In this document: positions 31,785-41,937 of the stretch, piece after piece
Layout of the letters: every line of letters begins with the position of its first letter
How positions within the stretch are numbered: the stretch's first letter is position 1
Assembly: GCA_963721525.1 (NCBI GenBank)
Contig: CAVRJL010000015.1
Location: 1-64,000, forward strand
Origin: an uncultured Negativicutes bacterium
Lineage (GTDB): Bacteria; Bacillota; Negativicutes; JBAXTZ01
DNA: 64,000 bases
Direction: 5' to 3'
The notes under the pieces: model-generated
Databases searched by the model: none
What the model was told of the DNA's origin: nothing
What the model saw: only the letters and a program-made list of their open reading frames with translations
Program-made: the position numbers and the translations under genes

Positions 31785-31940
31785 AATTACTCCCAGAAAT
31801 TATATTAAAAACATCATATGAGAATTAATAATTTTTTGCAATTACAGTAATTATAATAACTATATTTTATTTGACGAGAAAAAACAATAATTATATAATA
31901 TAATAATTTAAAAAATAATCTTATTATCAGGAGTTTTATT

Positions 31941-33353
31941 ATGTATAACTTTTTTCGTACAAAAAATATTAAGGAAATAGAAAAAACAGTCCCCAACACT
32001 AATTTAGCGCGTACTCTAACAACCTTTGACCTTGTATTAATGGGTATAGGTGTAATTATGGGTACAGGGATATTTGTTTTTACTGGAATAGGCGCAGCAA
32101 AATATGCTGGCCCAGGTATTATTGTATCCTTCGTATTATCAGGCTTAACCTGCGCTTTTTCTGGTTTAGCGTACGCTGAGTTATCATCTATGGTTACTTT
32201 AACTGGCAGCGTATATACATATGCTTACGCTACACTCGGAGAATTAGTAGCTTGGACTGTGGGTTGGGCTCTTATTGTAGAATATTCATTCGCAGCGGCA
32301 ACAGTTGCTGCAGGATGGTCCCAATATATTATAGGCTTAATCAATAATACAACTTTAGGAGCAAAAATTCCTCTGTTTTTACAAAAAGTCCCCGCTGAAA
32401 ATGGTCTAATTAATTTAACTGCTGTTTTTTTAGTTATTTTACTGTGCGCTATATTATACATAGGAACTAAGGCAAGCGCTCGATTTAATAAATTTTTAGT
32501 TTTTTTAAAGCTTTCTACAATAATTATTTTTATAATATTTGCAGCTCCTCATGTAAATCCAAAAAATTGGAATCCATTTTTTCCTTTCGGTCTTAAAGGG
32601 GTTTTATCAGGTGCATCGATTGCGTTTTTTGCCTATATAGGTTTTGACGTATTAGCAAATAGTGCGGAAGAATGTAAAGATCCTGTAAAATCTATTCCGC
32701 GAGCAATATTCTTTTCTCTTCTTATTGTAACTATCTTATATATAATTGTAACAGCAATTATGACAGGTGTGGTTCCTTATTATAAATTGACTGCAGCTCC
32801 TGTTAATGTAGTTTTAAGCTCTATAGGATATAATTTCGGGAAAACCCTTTTAGGCTACGCTATAATATTTGGCTTAACAACAGTTGTGCTTTTAATGTTA
32901 TATAGTCAGATAAGATTATTTTTAGCTATGTCACGGGATGGATTGTTACCTCGTTTTTTAGGGAAAATACATTCCCAATTTAAAACTCCTCATATTTTAA
33001 CTTTTATTACCTGCATATTTGTTTCATTACTAGTTGGTTTTATAAAGTTAGAATTACTTGCAGAATTAGTTAACACAGGAACTCTATTTGCTTTTATTGT
33101 AGCATCAATCGGAGTAGCTTTTCTTAGAATTACAAAACCAGATATCCCCCGTCCGTTTAAATGCCCTATTCCTTATATTATAATGCCTTTATCTATAATA
33201 TTATGTCTTATATTAATGTTTACTTTATCATTACATACTTGGTTAGCATTTACCGTTTGGACATTTATAGGCTTGCTAATTTATTTACTCTATGGGTATA
33301 AAAACAGTGAATTATCTTCTCCTTGCATAAAAATTTTTAAACCTAACGAATAA
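31941..33353 (+). CDS. APC-superfamily amino acid permease (YfnA/CAT-like)
   Basis: GVIMGTGIF, AYAELSS, GSVYTY, FFAYIGFD, RPFKCP; about 12 TM. Confidence 0.95.
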   Translation: MYNFFRTKNIKEIEKTVPNTNLARTLTTFDLVLMGIGVIMGTGIFVFTGIGAAKYAGPGIIVSFVLSGLTCAFSGLAYAELSSMVTLTGSVYTYAYATLGELVAWTVGWALIVEYSFAAATVAAGWSQYIIGLINNTTLGAKIPLFLQKVPAENGLINLTAVFLVILLCAILYIGTKASARFNKFLVFLKLSTIIIFIIFAAPHVNPKNWNPFFPFGLKGVLSGASIAFFAYIGFDVLANSAEECKDPVKSIPRAIFFSLLIVTILYIIVTAIMTGVVPYYKLTAAPVNVVLSSIGYNFGKTLLGYAIIFGLTTVVLLMLYSQIRLFLAMSRDGLLPRFLGKIHSQFKTPHILTFITCIFVSLLVGFIKLELLAELVNTGTLFAFIVASIGVAFLRITKPDIPRPFKCPIPYIIMPLSIILCLILMFTLSLHTWLAFTVWTFIGLLIYLLYGYKNSELSSPCIKIFKPNE

Positions 33354-33472
33354 TTACTAAGTAAAAAATATGACTAATTTTTTTCGAATTCAAATAACAG
33401 AGAGCACTTATGGCTCGCGCAGCTTTAGGGTAGCTATTGCGCAGATTTATTAAATAAAGTAATTATATAATT

Positions 33473-33796
33473 TTATTTACCTACCAAGTTTTTAAGTTCT
33501 TTAACTATTTTTTTTATAAACTCCACAAGGGTTCTTTTATTTATTTTCTGTTTAACTTCATAAATAAAAGTAGTTTGTTCTTTAGTATTTTTAACAGGAA
33601 TGGCTAAATTTAATAATTCTACCCCATATGCTTCCTCGAGTTTTTTAATGGTTTTTTCGGCTGCGGGTTTTTTATTAAACCAAAGCAACTTTAGCTCATG
33701 TTCGTTTACACTACTAATTTGCGCTATTTGCCGTATATTAAGTTTAGTTAATTTTTGCGCATTTCTCATTGCATCACGTATAAAATATTTTTTCAT
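33473..33796 (-). CDS. hypothetical protein, XRE/Cro-like HTH N-terminus
   Basis: LNIRQIAQISSVNEHELKLLWFNKKPAAEKTIKKLEEAYGV fits the XRE HTH pattern. Confidence 0.6.
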   Translation of the reverse strand: MKKYFIRDAMRNAQKLTKLNIRQIAQISSVNEHELKLLWFNKKPAAEKTIKKLEEAYGVELLNLAIPVKNTKEQTTFIYEVKQKINKRTLVEFIKKIVKELKNLVGK

Positions 33797-33814
33797 AAAA
33801 TTTAATGTGTCTAC

Positions 33815-34681
33815 TTACATTATGCTCAACTTTTCCAAAAATTTTTCAAAATAAACTTGCTCTGATTTTGAAAACCACTTAAATTCTGTTAATTTTTTTT
33901 TTATCATACACTTATGATTTGTTCTTACATTATTTTTTAAACTTAAAACTATTTCCTTTAAATAATTACTCATTTGTTCGGTTAATATGACATTTTTATA
34001 CACACATTCATGCCAAGCATGCATACTAACGGGAAATAATTCTTGAAGTATTTCCTCAATGGCCTGAGCGTAGACATATATCTCATATTGCGCATGTTCT
34101 GTAAGCCGTAAAGATAAAAAATGTAATAAATTATGTAAATTCACGCTAGCTATTACCTCAGTATATAAAGCCAGTGGTAAATTTATTCTTGCTAACTCAC
34201 GAGCTAATCCGTTTTTTAAATATCCACGATAATTAGAGAATAGTTTTTCTTGTTCTTTTTTTATTGATTCACTCATACATGGTACAATATCTGTAGCATT
34301 ATTTGTACGATATTGTTTATTGTTTTGTTCTTGCGAAGTTATACAATTTTCAGGTACATAAGCTTGCTCTACCATTTCAGAATATCTACCAGAAACCTCA
34401 TTATAAGACCATGTACGATGCCTCATCCATTGACGCATAACAAATATTGGAGCCTTTATATAAAATTGTATTTGTACCATCTCAAATGGGGATGTATGCT
34501 TATTTCGTAATAAATACCTAATAAGTTGCTCATTATTTCGTATTTTATTTGTTCCTTTACTATAACTTACGCGAGCTGAATCTGCAATACTATCGTCACT
34601 ACCCATCCAATTAATTATTCTTATCTCTCCATGTTTAAAAATTTTTTTAAAATATCTACTATTATTCATTTTTATCCCCAT
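33815..34681 (-). CDS. thyX: flavin-dependent thymidylate synthase
   Basis: ARVSY, HTSPFE, RQWMRHRTWSYNEVSGRY, ARELAR.NLP, HAQYEI. Confidence 0.97.
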   Translation of the reverse strand: MGIKMNNSRYFKKIFKHGEIRIINWMGSDDSIADSARVSYSKGTNKIRNNEQLIRYLLRNKHTSPFEMVQIQFYIKAPIFVMRQWMRHRTWSYNEVSGRYSEMVEQAYVPENCITSQEQNNKQYRTNNATDIVPCMSESIKKEQEKLFSNYRGYLKNGLARELARINLPLALYTEVIASVNLHNLLHFLSLRLTEHAQYEIYVYAQAIEEILQELFPVSMHAWHECVYKNVILTEQMSNYLKEIVLSLKNNVRTNHKCMIKKKLTEFKWFSKSEQVYFEKFLEKLSIM

Positions 34682-34689
34682 TAAATTAT

Positions 34690-35254
34690 TTTAATTTAAT
34701 TCTACTTTAGTAACTCCATTTCCACTCTCATTATATGAAACAAACTGTATATTTTTTATTAAAAAGTTTTTTTAAAGTGTTTTTAGTACCCCTTCATAAT
34801 ATTCCTGAAATTTATCTATTTTATCCTTATAAAGGAGGGAATGCCTTACTTTTATTAGATTTTGCTAATAAAAAATCAAACTCAACTAATATACTATAGG
34901 TTATTAATATATCTGGCACAACAACGGCAATTTTAAAACCTAAATTTTTAAAATTTTTTTCTACTTCTTCCTGTTCAACACAATTTAATCTTTTTATATC
35001 ATTATTAATATTAATTTAAGAAATTTTTAATTTTGTGAGCTATATTTGTGAGCTATATTTAAAGTTTTGCTTATTTTCAGGAATTCTTTTGTTTCGATAA
35101 CTGCATTTTTGCTTATTCTAATTGGTATTTCTTTAAGGTTAAAAAAAATCGGTTCGGGAATCTCATAAGATTGGGTTAATATTTCCCACATTTCTTCTGT
35201 TTTATTTTTTGTTATTAAATCAAAACTTAATCTTAATATAGTGGTTTTTCCATA
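34690..35254 (-). pseudogene. unidentified decayed gene
   Basis: several broken coding-like stretches on - strand (GKTTILRLSFDLI...; DIKRLNCVEQEEV...; DKIDKFQEYYEG) and a 13-bp tandem duplication at 35032-35057. Confidence 0.35.
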
Positions 35255-36451
35255 CTATAACCTAAAATTTAAAAAATTAGTTTTAACGACGTTAACTATA
35301 GCATAAGCTTCTATTCCTTCTTTACGTCCTACAAATCCTAATCTTTCGGTTGTTGTAGCCTTTATATTAATATTTTTTTCTAGCATGTTACATGCGTAAG
35401 CTATAGTTGTTTTCATTTGATTTATATAAGGACTCATTTTTGGTTCTTGCGCTGTGATAGTAGCATCAATGTTTATTATTGAATACTCTTTTTGAATTAA
35501 CAAATGTATTACTTGCTCAAGTAATAGAATACTTGAAATGTTTTTATAATAATTATCATTATCAGGGAAATAACGACCAATATCTCCTAATCCGGAGGCT
35601 CCAAGCAATGCGTCTATGATAGCATGTATTAAAACGTCGGCATCACTATGACCAAGCAATCCCTTTTCAAAAGGGATCGCTACTCCGCCTATTATTAATT
35701 TTCTTTTTTCAATTAATTGATGCACATCATATCCCAATCCCGTTCTCGGATATATTTCAGTCGATTCTCTTTGTTTTTTTCTTTTATTTATTATAGCACG
35801 AGCAAAAATAATATCTTCAGGCGTAGTTATTTTAATATTTTCATAACTTCCGGGAATTACTTTTACCTTTTCTTTCAAATTTTCAACTAAAGCGGCATCA
35901 TCAGTAAATAGTAAATTTTCTTTAACTGCTTTTTTATGCGCTTTCATAATAGTTGATCGCTTAAACGCTTGAGGGGTTTGTATACAATAAAACTTCTCTC
36001 TACTTAATGTATTTATTACACAATTATTGTCGTCTATTTCTTTTAGTGTATCTTTAAGCGGAACACCTACAATAACAGCTTTTTTATCTTTTATTTCATT
36101 TAAAACTGTCTCTATAGTTGTTTTTTTAACTAAAGGACGCGCTCCGTCGTGAATCATAACATATTTACATTTACTATCTAATTTTTTTAAAGCATTATAT
36201 ATAGATTGTTGTCTTTCTGGTCCTCCTTGAACAATTTTTATTTTTTCTTTATTGTTTCTAAATATAGTTTGTATAGTTCTTATATCATTTTTATTTGCGC
36301 ATATAATAATTTCATTTATTCGTGGATTACTAATAAATTTTTCTACTGTTATATATAATATTGGTACATGAAATAAAGGTATAAATAATTTATTTTGCAT
36401 GCTTCCCATTCTACTACCAATGCCTGCTGCTGCAATAATAACCGATACCAT
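35255..36451 (-). CDS. ispDF: bifunctional IspD/IspF
   Basis: [27 protein letters not shown]; GYDVH, GHSDADV, KATTTE. Confidence 0.98.
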   Translation of the reverse strand: MVSVIIAAAGIGSRMGSMQNKLFIPLFHVPILYITVEKFISNPRINEIIICANKNDIRTIQTIFRNNKEKIKIVQGGPERQQSIYNALKKLDSKCKYVMIHDGARPLVKKTTIETVLNEIKDKKAVIVGVPLKDTLKEIDDNNCVINTLSREKFYCIQTPQAFKRSTIMKAHKKAVKENLLFTDDAALVENLKEKVKVIPGSYENIKITTPEDIIFARAIINKRKKQRESTEIYPRTGLGYDVHQLIEKRKLIIGGVAIPFEKGLLGHSDADVLIHAIIDALLGASGLGDIGRYFPDNDNYYKNISSILLLEQVIHLLIQKEYSIINIDATITAQEPKMSPYINQMKTTIAYACNMLEKNINIKATTTERLGFVGRKEGIEAYAIVNVVKTNFLNFRL

Positions 36452-36486
36452 TGTATTTTCTTCCTTGTTAAATAACTTATTTTATC

Positions 36487-37155
36487 TTACCAAAAAGCGT
36501 CCGACATAAATTTTGTTAATTGACGTATAGGTCGTCCAACACAATCTTTGTCCTTAATTAAATTTGCCAGCCTTTTTTCTATAGAACTACCAATATACTC
36601 TATACCTAATACATCAGCTGCTTTTTTTACTCCAGAACAACCTTTATTTACTATTTCTATAGTTGTTTCATTTCCAATATGAGTATTATTTAAAAGACAA
36701 TCCACTCGACCAAAACATTTTATATGTTCTACAATTAACTCAATTGTTTGAGTCTGCGGTCTTTTCATATTTATGACACCGATTATTTTTAAATTAGGAT
36801 GGTTTAGTGCTCCTTCAATTAAGTTAAAAATTTCTGCACCATGAACTCCGTAACCTACATCCATGATAATATGCCCTTTATTCTTTAAAACCCAACGCAT
36901 TTCTCCAGAAATTGTACTTCCTGCTTCCCCTAGTCCAAATATATTGTTATTCCCCCAAGCTATTACATTAAGACCTAAATTCTCCAATTTATTTTTTATC
37001 GGACGTAAAGTATAACAAGGTTCAACAGTATCCAAATCTGCTAAAGTTACAGGACAAACTCCATCAATTTTTAATTGTAATGCTCTATTTATAGCATTTT
37101 CGCTTTTCCCGCTTGCATATTCGCCAATATATGCTTCAATAATTAAATTTTTCAT
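36487..37155 (-). CDS. uncharacterised P-loop NTPase
   Basis: GEYASGKSE Walker A, LADLDTVEP, DVGYG. Confidence 0.85.
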   Translation of the reverse strand: MKNLIIEAYIGEYASGKSENAINRALQLKIDGVCPVTLADLDTVEPCYTLRPIKNKLENLGLNVIAWGNNNIFGLGEAGSTISGEMRWVLKNKGHIIMDVGYGVHGAEIFNLIEGALNHPNLKIIGVINMKRPQTQTIELIVEHIKCFGRVDCLLNNTHIGNETTIEIVNKGCSGVKKAADVLGIEYIGSSIEKRLANLIKDKDCVGRPIRQLTKFMSDAFW

Positions 37156-37174
37156 AAATTTACTAATTTCTTTT

Positions 37175-37780
37175 CTATATTATTTCTTTTCTATTTTCAA
37201 AAGCTTTTGCTAATGTTGCTTCGTCGGCAAATTCAATATCCCCACCCATAGGTAACCCGTGCGCCAACCGTGTAACTTTAATGTTTAGAGGTTTTAATAA
37301 ACGCGAAATATACATTGCCGTAGCTTCTCCCTCCACTGTTTGATTTGTCGCCATAATTATTTCGCTTACTTTTACTTCATAACTTTGCAGTCTTTCTAAA
37401 AGCTCTTTTAACTTTAAATCATTTGGAGTAATACCTGCAAGCGGTGATAATGCCCCGTGTAAAACATGATAAAGACCCTTATATTCATGAGTTTTTTCTA
37501 TATAAATTAAATCTCGAGGCTGTTCTACAACACAAATAATGTTGCGCTTACGCTGGTTACTACTACAATATCTACATAACTTTTCATCTGTAAAATTAAA
37601 ACATTGTTCGCAAAAGCGAATTTTAATTTTAGCGTCTTTCAAAGCAATTATAAACTGTTTTAAATAATTTTTTTCGCACTCTACGATATAATATGCCAAT
37701 TTAATAGCTAATTTTGGACCAATTCCTGGTAACCCTCTAAAAGCTTCGATAAGCTTTTCTAATGGAGATATATGACTCAT
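37175..37780 (-). CDS. recR: recombination mediator RecR
   Basis: LPGIGPK, C4 zinc finger, YHVLHGALSP, VEGEATA. Confidence 0.98.
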   Translation of the reverse strand: MSHISPLEKLIEAFRGLPGIGPKLAIKLAYYIVECEKNYLKQFIIALKDAKIKIRFCEQCFNFTDEKLCRYCSSNQRKRNIICVVEQPRDLIYIEKTHEYKGLYHVLHGALSPLAGITPNDLKLKELLERLQSYEVKVSEIIMATNQTVEGEATAMYISRLLKPLNIKVTRLAHGLPMGGDIEFADEATLAKAFENRKEII

Positions 37781-37806
37781 TATTTATTATCCTATAAAAA
37801 TTATAT

Positions 37807-39225
37807 TTATTTATATTCTATATTTACGCCAAAAAATTTTTCTATATTCATTTTATCTTTAGTATCTGCTAAAATATATCTTACCCTTTTGTTACCACAA
37901 ATTTTTTTTACCACCATATCTATGTATTTATGGTAATCTTCTCTTTCTAATCTTTCCTTATGGAATTTATTTTCTACAGAAAATTCTACAACGATTTCAT
38001 TGTCACCTACGTATTGCAAGACGCCTAATTTTGCGCATTCACAAATTAGACGTTTTTTCATTTTATCTAATTCATCTATAACTAATTTCCAGATAGTTGA
38101 ATATTCTTTTTTATCTATATTTTCAATATTTGCTTTTTCTATAACATTTTTTGAACCCGCTTTGATATTTTCTGACTCGCAAAATATATTATTATTTTCA
38201 CTTAAAAACTTAATCAAAGACGATTCTATGACTATATCATAATTTGATATAAAGCGGCAATTACTTAATATTTCATTTCCTTGTACTATAATTTTACTGA
38301 TTGTTATAACGTCCTTCTGTTTATTATTTTTCATAGCTTTAAATATTTCTTCATGTAATTCTTTTAATGCATTATTTAAAAGTTGTTTATGGTCATTATA
38401 CCGTGAATTTCTAAAACTAATAAAAAATGCAATTAATTTTTGTAAATTTCCGCTTAATAGAATTTTTATGAAGTTTTCTAAAATTTCTTTATTTGCTAAT
38501 CCTAATAAAAATCTCGCTGAATCTTCATCAATGTTATCTGAGTTAAATATTGCACATTGCTCTAAAAAACCTAAAGCATCACGAACACTTCCTTCAGAAT
38601 AATCCACAATAAGCTTTAACACATTATCGTCAATATAAATATTTGTTCTTGTTGCTACCTCTTTTAAATGGCATAACAACTCATTTTTCCCTATTTTATG
38701 AAAATCAAATCGTTGACATCGAGATAAAATAGTTACTGGTATTTTCGCAAATTCCGTTGTTGCTAAAATGAAAATTACATATTTTGGAGGTTCTTCCAAT
38801 ATTTTTAAAAAAGCATTAAAGGCTTCAACAGTTAACATATGCGCTTCATCAATAATATACACTTTATACTTATTTTCTTCAAGACAAGAAAATTTGAGTT
38901 GTTCAATAATATCTCGTATTTCATCAATACCGCGATTAGATGCTGCATCCATCTCAAAAACATCCATATTAGAACAATTATTAATTGATAAGCAATTGAC
39001 GCATTTATTGCAAGGTTCATTTTCATTCAATGAAAGGCAATTTAAAGCTTTAGCAAAAATCCTTGCAATGCTTGTTTTTCCTGTTCCTCTAGTACCAACG
39101 AAAAGATAAGCATGCGATACTTTTTGTCTGGAAATAGAATTTTTTAAAGTCTGTACAACATGTCTTTGTCCTACAATCTCTAAAAATGTTTGTGGCCGCC
39201 ATATTCTATACAGAGATTGATACAT
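37807..39225 (-). CDS. dnaX: DNA polymerase III gamma/tau
   Basis: LYRIWRPQTF, GTRGTGKT, DAASNRGID, IIDEAHML, SRCQ. Confidence 0.98.
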   Translation of the reverse strand: MYQSLYRIWRPQTFLEIVGQRHVVQTLKNSISRQKVSHAYLFVGTRGTGKTSIARIFAKALNCLSLNENEPCNKCVNCLSINNCSNMDVFEMDAASNRGIDEIRDIIEQLKFSCLEENKYKVYIIDEAHMLTVEAFNAFLKILEEPPKYVIFILATTEFAKIPVTILSRCQRFDFHKIGKNELLCHLKEVATRTNIYIDDNVLKLIVDYSEGSVRDALGFLEQCAIFNSDNIDEDSARFLLGLANKEILENFIKILLSGNLQKLIAFFISFRNSRYNDHKQLLNNALKELHEEIFKAMKNNKQKDVITISKIIVQGNEILSNCRFISNYDIVIESSLIKFLSENNNIFCESENIKAGSKNVIEKANIENIDKKEYSTIWKLVIDELDKMKKRLICECAKLGVLQYVGDNEIVVEFSVENKFHKERLEREDYHKYIDMVVKKICGNKRVRYILADTKDKMNIEKFFGVNIEYK

Positions 39226-39246
39226 ATATATCCTTATATATTTATA

Positions 39247-39389
39247 TTTTACCGCTCGAATGCGTCATTTATTAAATTAACCTATAGCACATGAACTAAA
39301 CTACTTATTGCTGCTTCCTTCCGGACCTGACAAGATTCATAACCGTTCATTGCTCAATTAAAAACAAATGACGCATTCGAGCGGTAAAA
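39247..39389 (-). ncRNA. ffs: SRP RNA, shortened form
   Basis: helix-8 core TCAGGTCCGGAAGGAAGCAGC on - strand; ends form a 24-bp perfect helix; tRNA-Ser/ffs/dnaX synteny. Confidence 0.95.
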
Positions 39390-39391
39390 CA

Positions 39392-39482
39392 TGGCGGAGA
39401 GAGCGGGATTCGAACCCGCGGTACAATCTACTTATACACACACTTTCCAGGCATGCTCCTTAAGCCACTCGGACATCTCTCC
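39392..39482 (-). tRNA. tRNA-Ser(GGA)
   Basis: GGAGAGA acceptor, CATGC-CT-GGA-AA-GTGTG, long variable arm, CCA. Confidence 0.96.
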
Positions 39483-39571
39483 CTTAAATTATTTTTAACA
39501 AGTATATTATACTTACTAATTATTTAAAAGTCAATTTTCATATTAATTTATAGGAATAAAGAATTACTATT

Positions 39572-41380
39572 TCAAAAGATGTTCTCGTAAGAATGAGTCA
39601 TTTTTACATCACTTCCTATTTTTCTAAAAAAAATACTTTCTATAATTTTTCTTCCTATAGGTGCCGCAATGTCCGCACCAAATCCTCCTTCTTCTACAAT
39701 AACTGCTACAACCACTGAAGGTTTATCAAACGGAGCATACCCTACAAACCAAGAATGTTCTTTTTTCCCTAAAATTTCGGCTGTACCAGTTTTTCCCGCA
39801 ACATCAACACTACATTCACAAAAAGCATTCTTAGCTGTTCCTACTTTAATAACATCCCTTAATGACAATCTCATCAAATCTAAAGTGTTTTTACTTATAT
39901 TAATATTAGATATCATTTGTGGTTGTATTTCTTTTATTAAATTCCCATTAAAATCAACAATTTTTTTCATTAAATAAGGTTTAAATAATTTTCCTCCGTT
40001 AACTATTTGGCACATAAGTTGAGCCGCTTGCAAAGGAGTTACTAAGTTAAAACCTTGTCCTATAGCCGTATCAAAAGTTTCTGATAAATACCAATTTTCA
40101 TTGTAAACTTTTTTCTTATATCTACGATTTGCAACTAAGCCATCTGCTTCACCATTTAAATCAATACCCATAATTTTACCCATTCCAAATTTACGAGCAT
40201 ACATCTCCATATTATCTATTCCAAGCCTATTCCCCATTTCATAAAAATAAACATTATCAGATTTTGCAAAAGCTGTACTGAAAGAAATCCATCCTAATGC
40301 TTCTCCTTGAGCATTCCCTTTAGGTATAAGCCAATGCTTTCCAGAATCAAAAATCATTTCATTTTTTTTTACTTTTTTCAATTCTAAAGCTGCAGTTCCA
40401 GTTACTATTTTAAAAATAGATCCTGGTGGATATTCAGCGGAAATAGCTTTATTCCCTAGTACATTAAATTTGTTATTAATATAATAATTCCAATCTTTTT
40501 TTGATATACCATTAACAAATAAATTAGGATTAAAATTTGGTCGGCTTACCATTGCTAAAATTTCACCTGTTTGTGGTCTCATTACTATTACTGCCCCACT
40601 ATGAAGTAAATTTTGTTTTAGGGACTTATCTAAGATTGCTTCCGTAGCTTGTTGTATATTCTTATCCATAGTAAGAATTATATTATTCCCTGGATAACTT
40701 GTCTGTTCTCCTAAAACTTTAACAATGTTTCCTTTAACGTCTACCTCTACCTGTTCAGCTCCATTAATTCCTCTAAGAAACATATCATAATAACTTTCTA
40801 ATCCTGTTTTACCTATTATATTTCCTGCTTTATATCCATATTTTGTATATTTTTTTAATTCATAATCATTAATTTCTCCTATATAACCAAATATATGTGA
40901 AGCTAGATCATTATAAATATATTGTCTTACCGGACAACTATTTACTATTATACTTGGAAATAAATACTTATTCTCTTGAATCTTAGCTATTATTTTTATA
41001 TCTACGTCGTTTTTTAAAATAATAGGTTCAAAAGATCTTTTTTTTTCTTTCACCTTTTGTTCAATTGTTTTTACTGGCATTTTTATAATTGCGCATAACC
41101 GAGTAATTTCCTCATAAGTGGGTATTTTTAAGTAAGGAATAATAGAAATTACATAGTTTATTCTATTTGTCACTAATAATTGACCGTTTTTATCATAAAA
41201 GTTACCGCGAGGCGCTAGTGAAATAAAATTACGTAACCTATTGCCCTCGGCCATTTCTTTGTAATAACTTCCTTTATAAATTTGTAAATAAAACATTCTC
41301 GAAAATAACAGTACAATAATAATCAACGAAAATATCAATAATATATTTAAACGAGAATAGCTTCCTCTTTTAACAAACAT
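39572..41380 (-). CDS. mrdA: penicillin-binding protein 2
   Basis: APRG, YPPGSIFK (SxxK), SDN, KTGT. Confidence 0.96.
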   Translation of the reverse strand: MFVKRGSYSRLNILLIFSLIIIVLLFSRMFYLQIYKGSYYKEMAEGNRLRNFISLAPRGNFYDKNGQLLVTNRINYVISIIPYLKIPTYEEITRLCAIIKMPVKTIEQKVKEKKRSFEPIILKNDVDIKIIAKIQENKYLFPSIIVNSCPVRQYIYNDLASHIFGYIGEINDYELKKYTKYGYKAGNIIGKTGLESYYDMFLRGINGAEQVEVDVKGNIVKVLGEQTSYPGNNIILTMDKNIQQATEAILDKSLKQNLLHSGAVIVMRPQTGEILAMVSRPNFNPNLFVNGISKKDWNYYINNKFNVLGNKAISAEYPPGSIFKIVTGTAALELKKVKKNEMIFDSGKHWLIPKGNAQGEALGWISFSTAFAKSDNVYFYEMGNRLGIDNMEMYARKFGMGKIMGIDLNGEADGLVANRRYKKKVYNENWYLSETFDTAIGQGFNLVTPLQAAQLMCQIVNGGKLFKPYLMKKIVDFNGNLIKEIQPQMISNINISKNTLDLMRLSLRDVIKVGTAKNAFCECSVDVAGKTGTAEILGKKEHSWFVGYAPFDKPSVVVAVIVEEGGFGADIAAPIGRKIIESIFFRKIGSDVKMTHSYENIF

Positions 41381-41430
41381 TTTTCACCATTATTAAAAAT
41401 AGTTAATGAATATCCTTGAGCATCAAACTT

Positions 41431-41916
41431 TTAAAAACATTGCTTAAAATTTTTTATTCTTCCAAATATAATCAAGAACAAATATACACTAACTAGGTTA
41501 AGTAAAAAATTTATAATAAATACTTTAAATAAGACCGCAAAAAATAAAAAATCATAACTATAGTAAAAATTAATAAGTATTAAAAATATCAAACGAATCA
41601 AAAAAACAGAAAAAACTATTACAATATTAATTATACTTGTTCGAAAAATATTTTTTTCGTTTACTTTACCAATAAATAAGCAACTTAAGCTCAAACTCAG
41701 CACATTCAGTCCAAAGTTTACACCTGTCAAACCGTCTAAAATAGAGCCGCTTATTAAACCTAAAATGAAAGTTGTTTTACTTCCATAAAATATACTGCAT
41801 ATAATAATTATAAGGGATGTAAGATGTATACTTCCATAAACAGAGAAATAAGGGAAGAAACTTGTATCCAAAAAACAAGCAATAATTGCTATAAAAATTA
41901 AGTAAAAGTAATTCAT
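41431..41916 (-). CDS. mreD: rod shape-determining protein MreD
   Basis: hydrophobic, GSILDGLTG..FG, between mreC and mrdA. Confidence 0.85.
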   Translation of the reverse strand: MNYFYLIFIAIIACFLDTSFFPYFSVYGSIHLTSLIIIICSIFYGSKTTFILGLISGSILDGLTGVNFGLNVLSLSLSCLFIGKVNEKNIFRTSIINIVIVFSVFLIRLIFLILINFYYSYDFLFFAVLFKVFIINFLLNLVSVYLFLIIFGRIKNFKQCF

Positions 41917-41937
41917 AAGTACCTATTAGATATTTTG

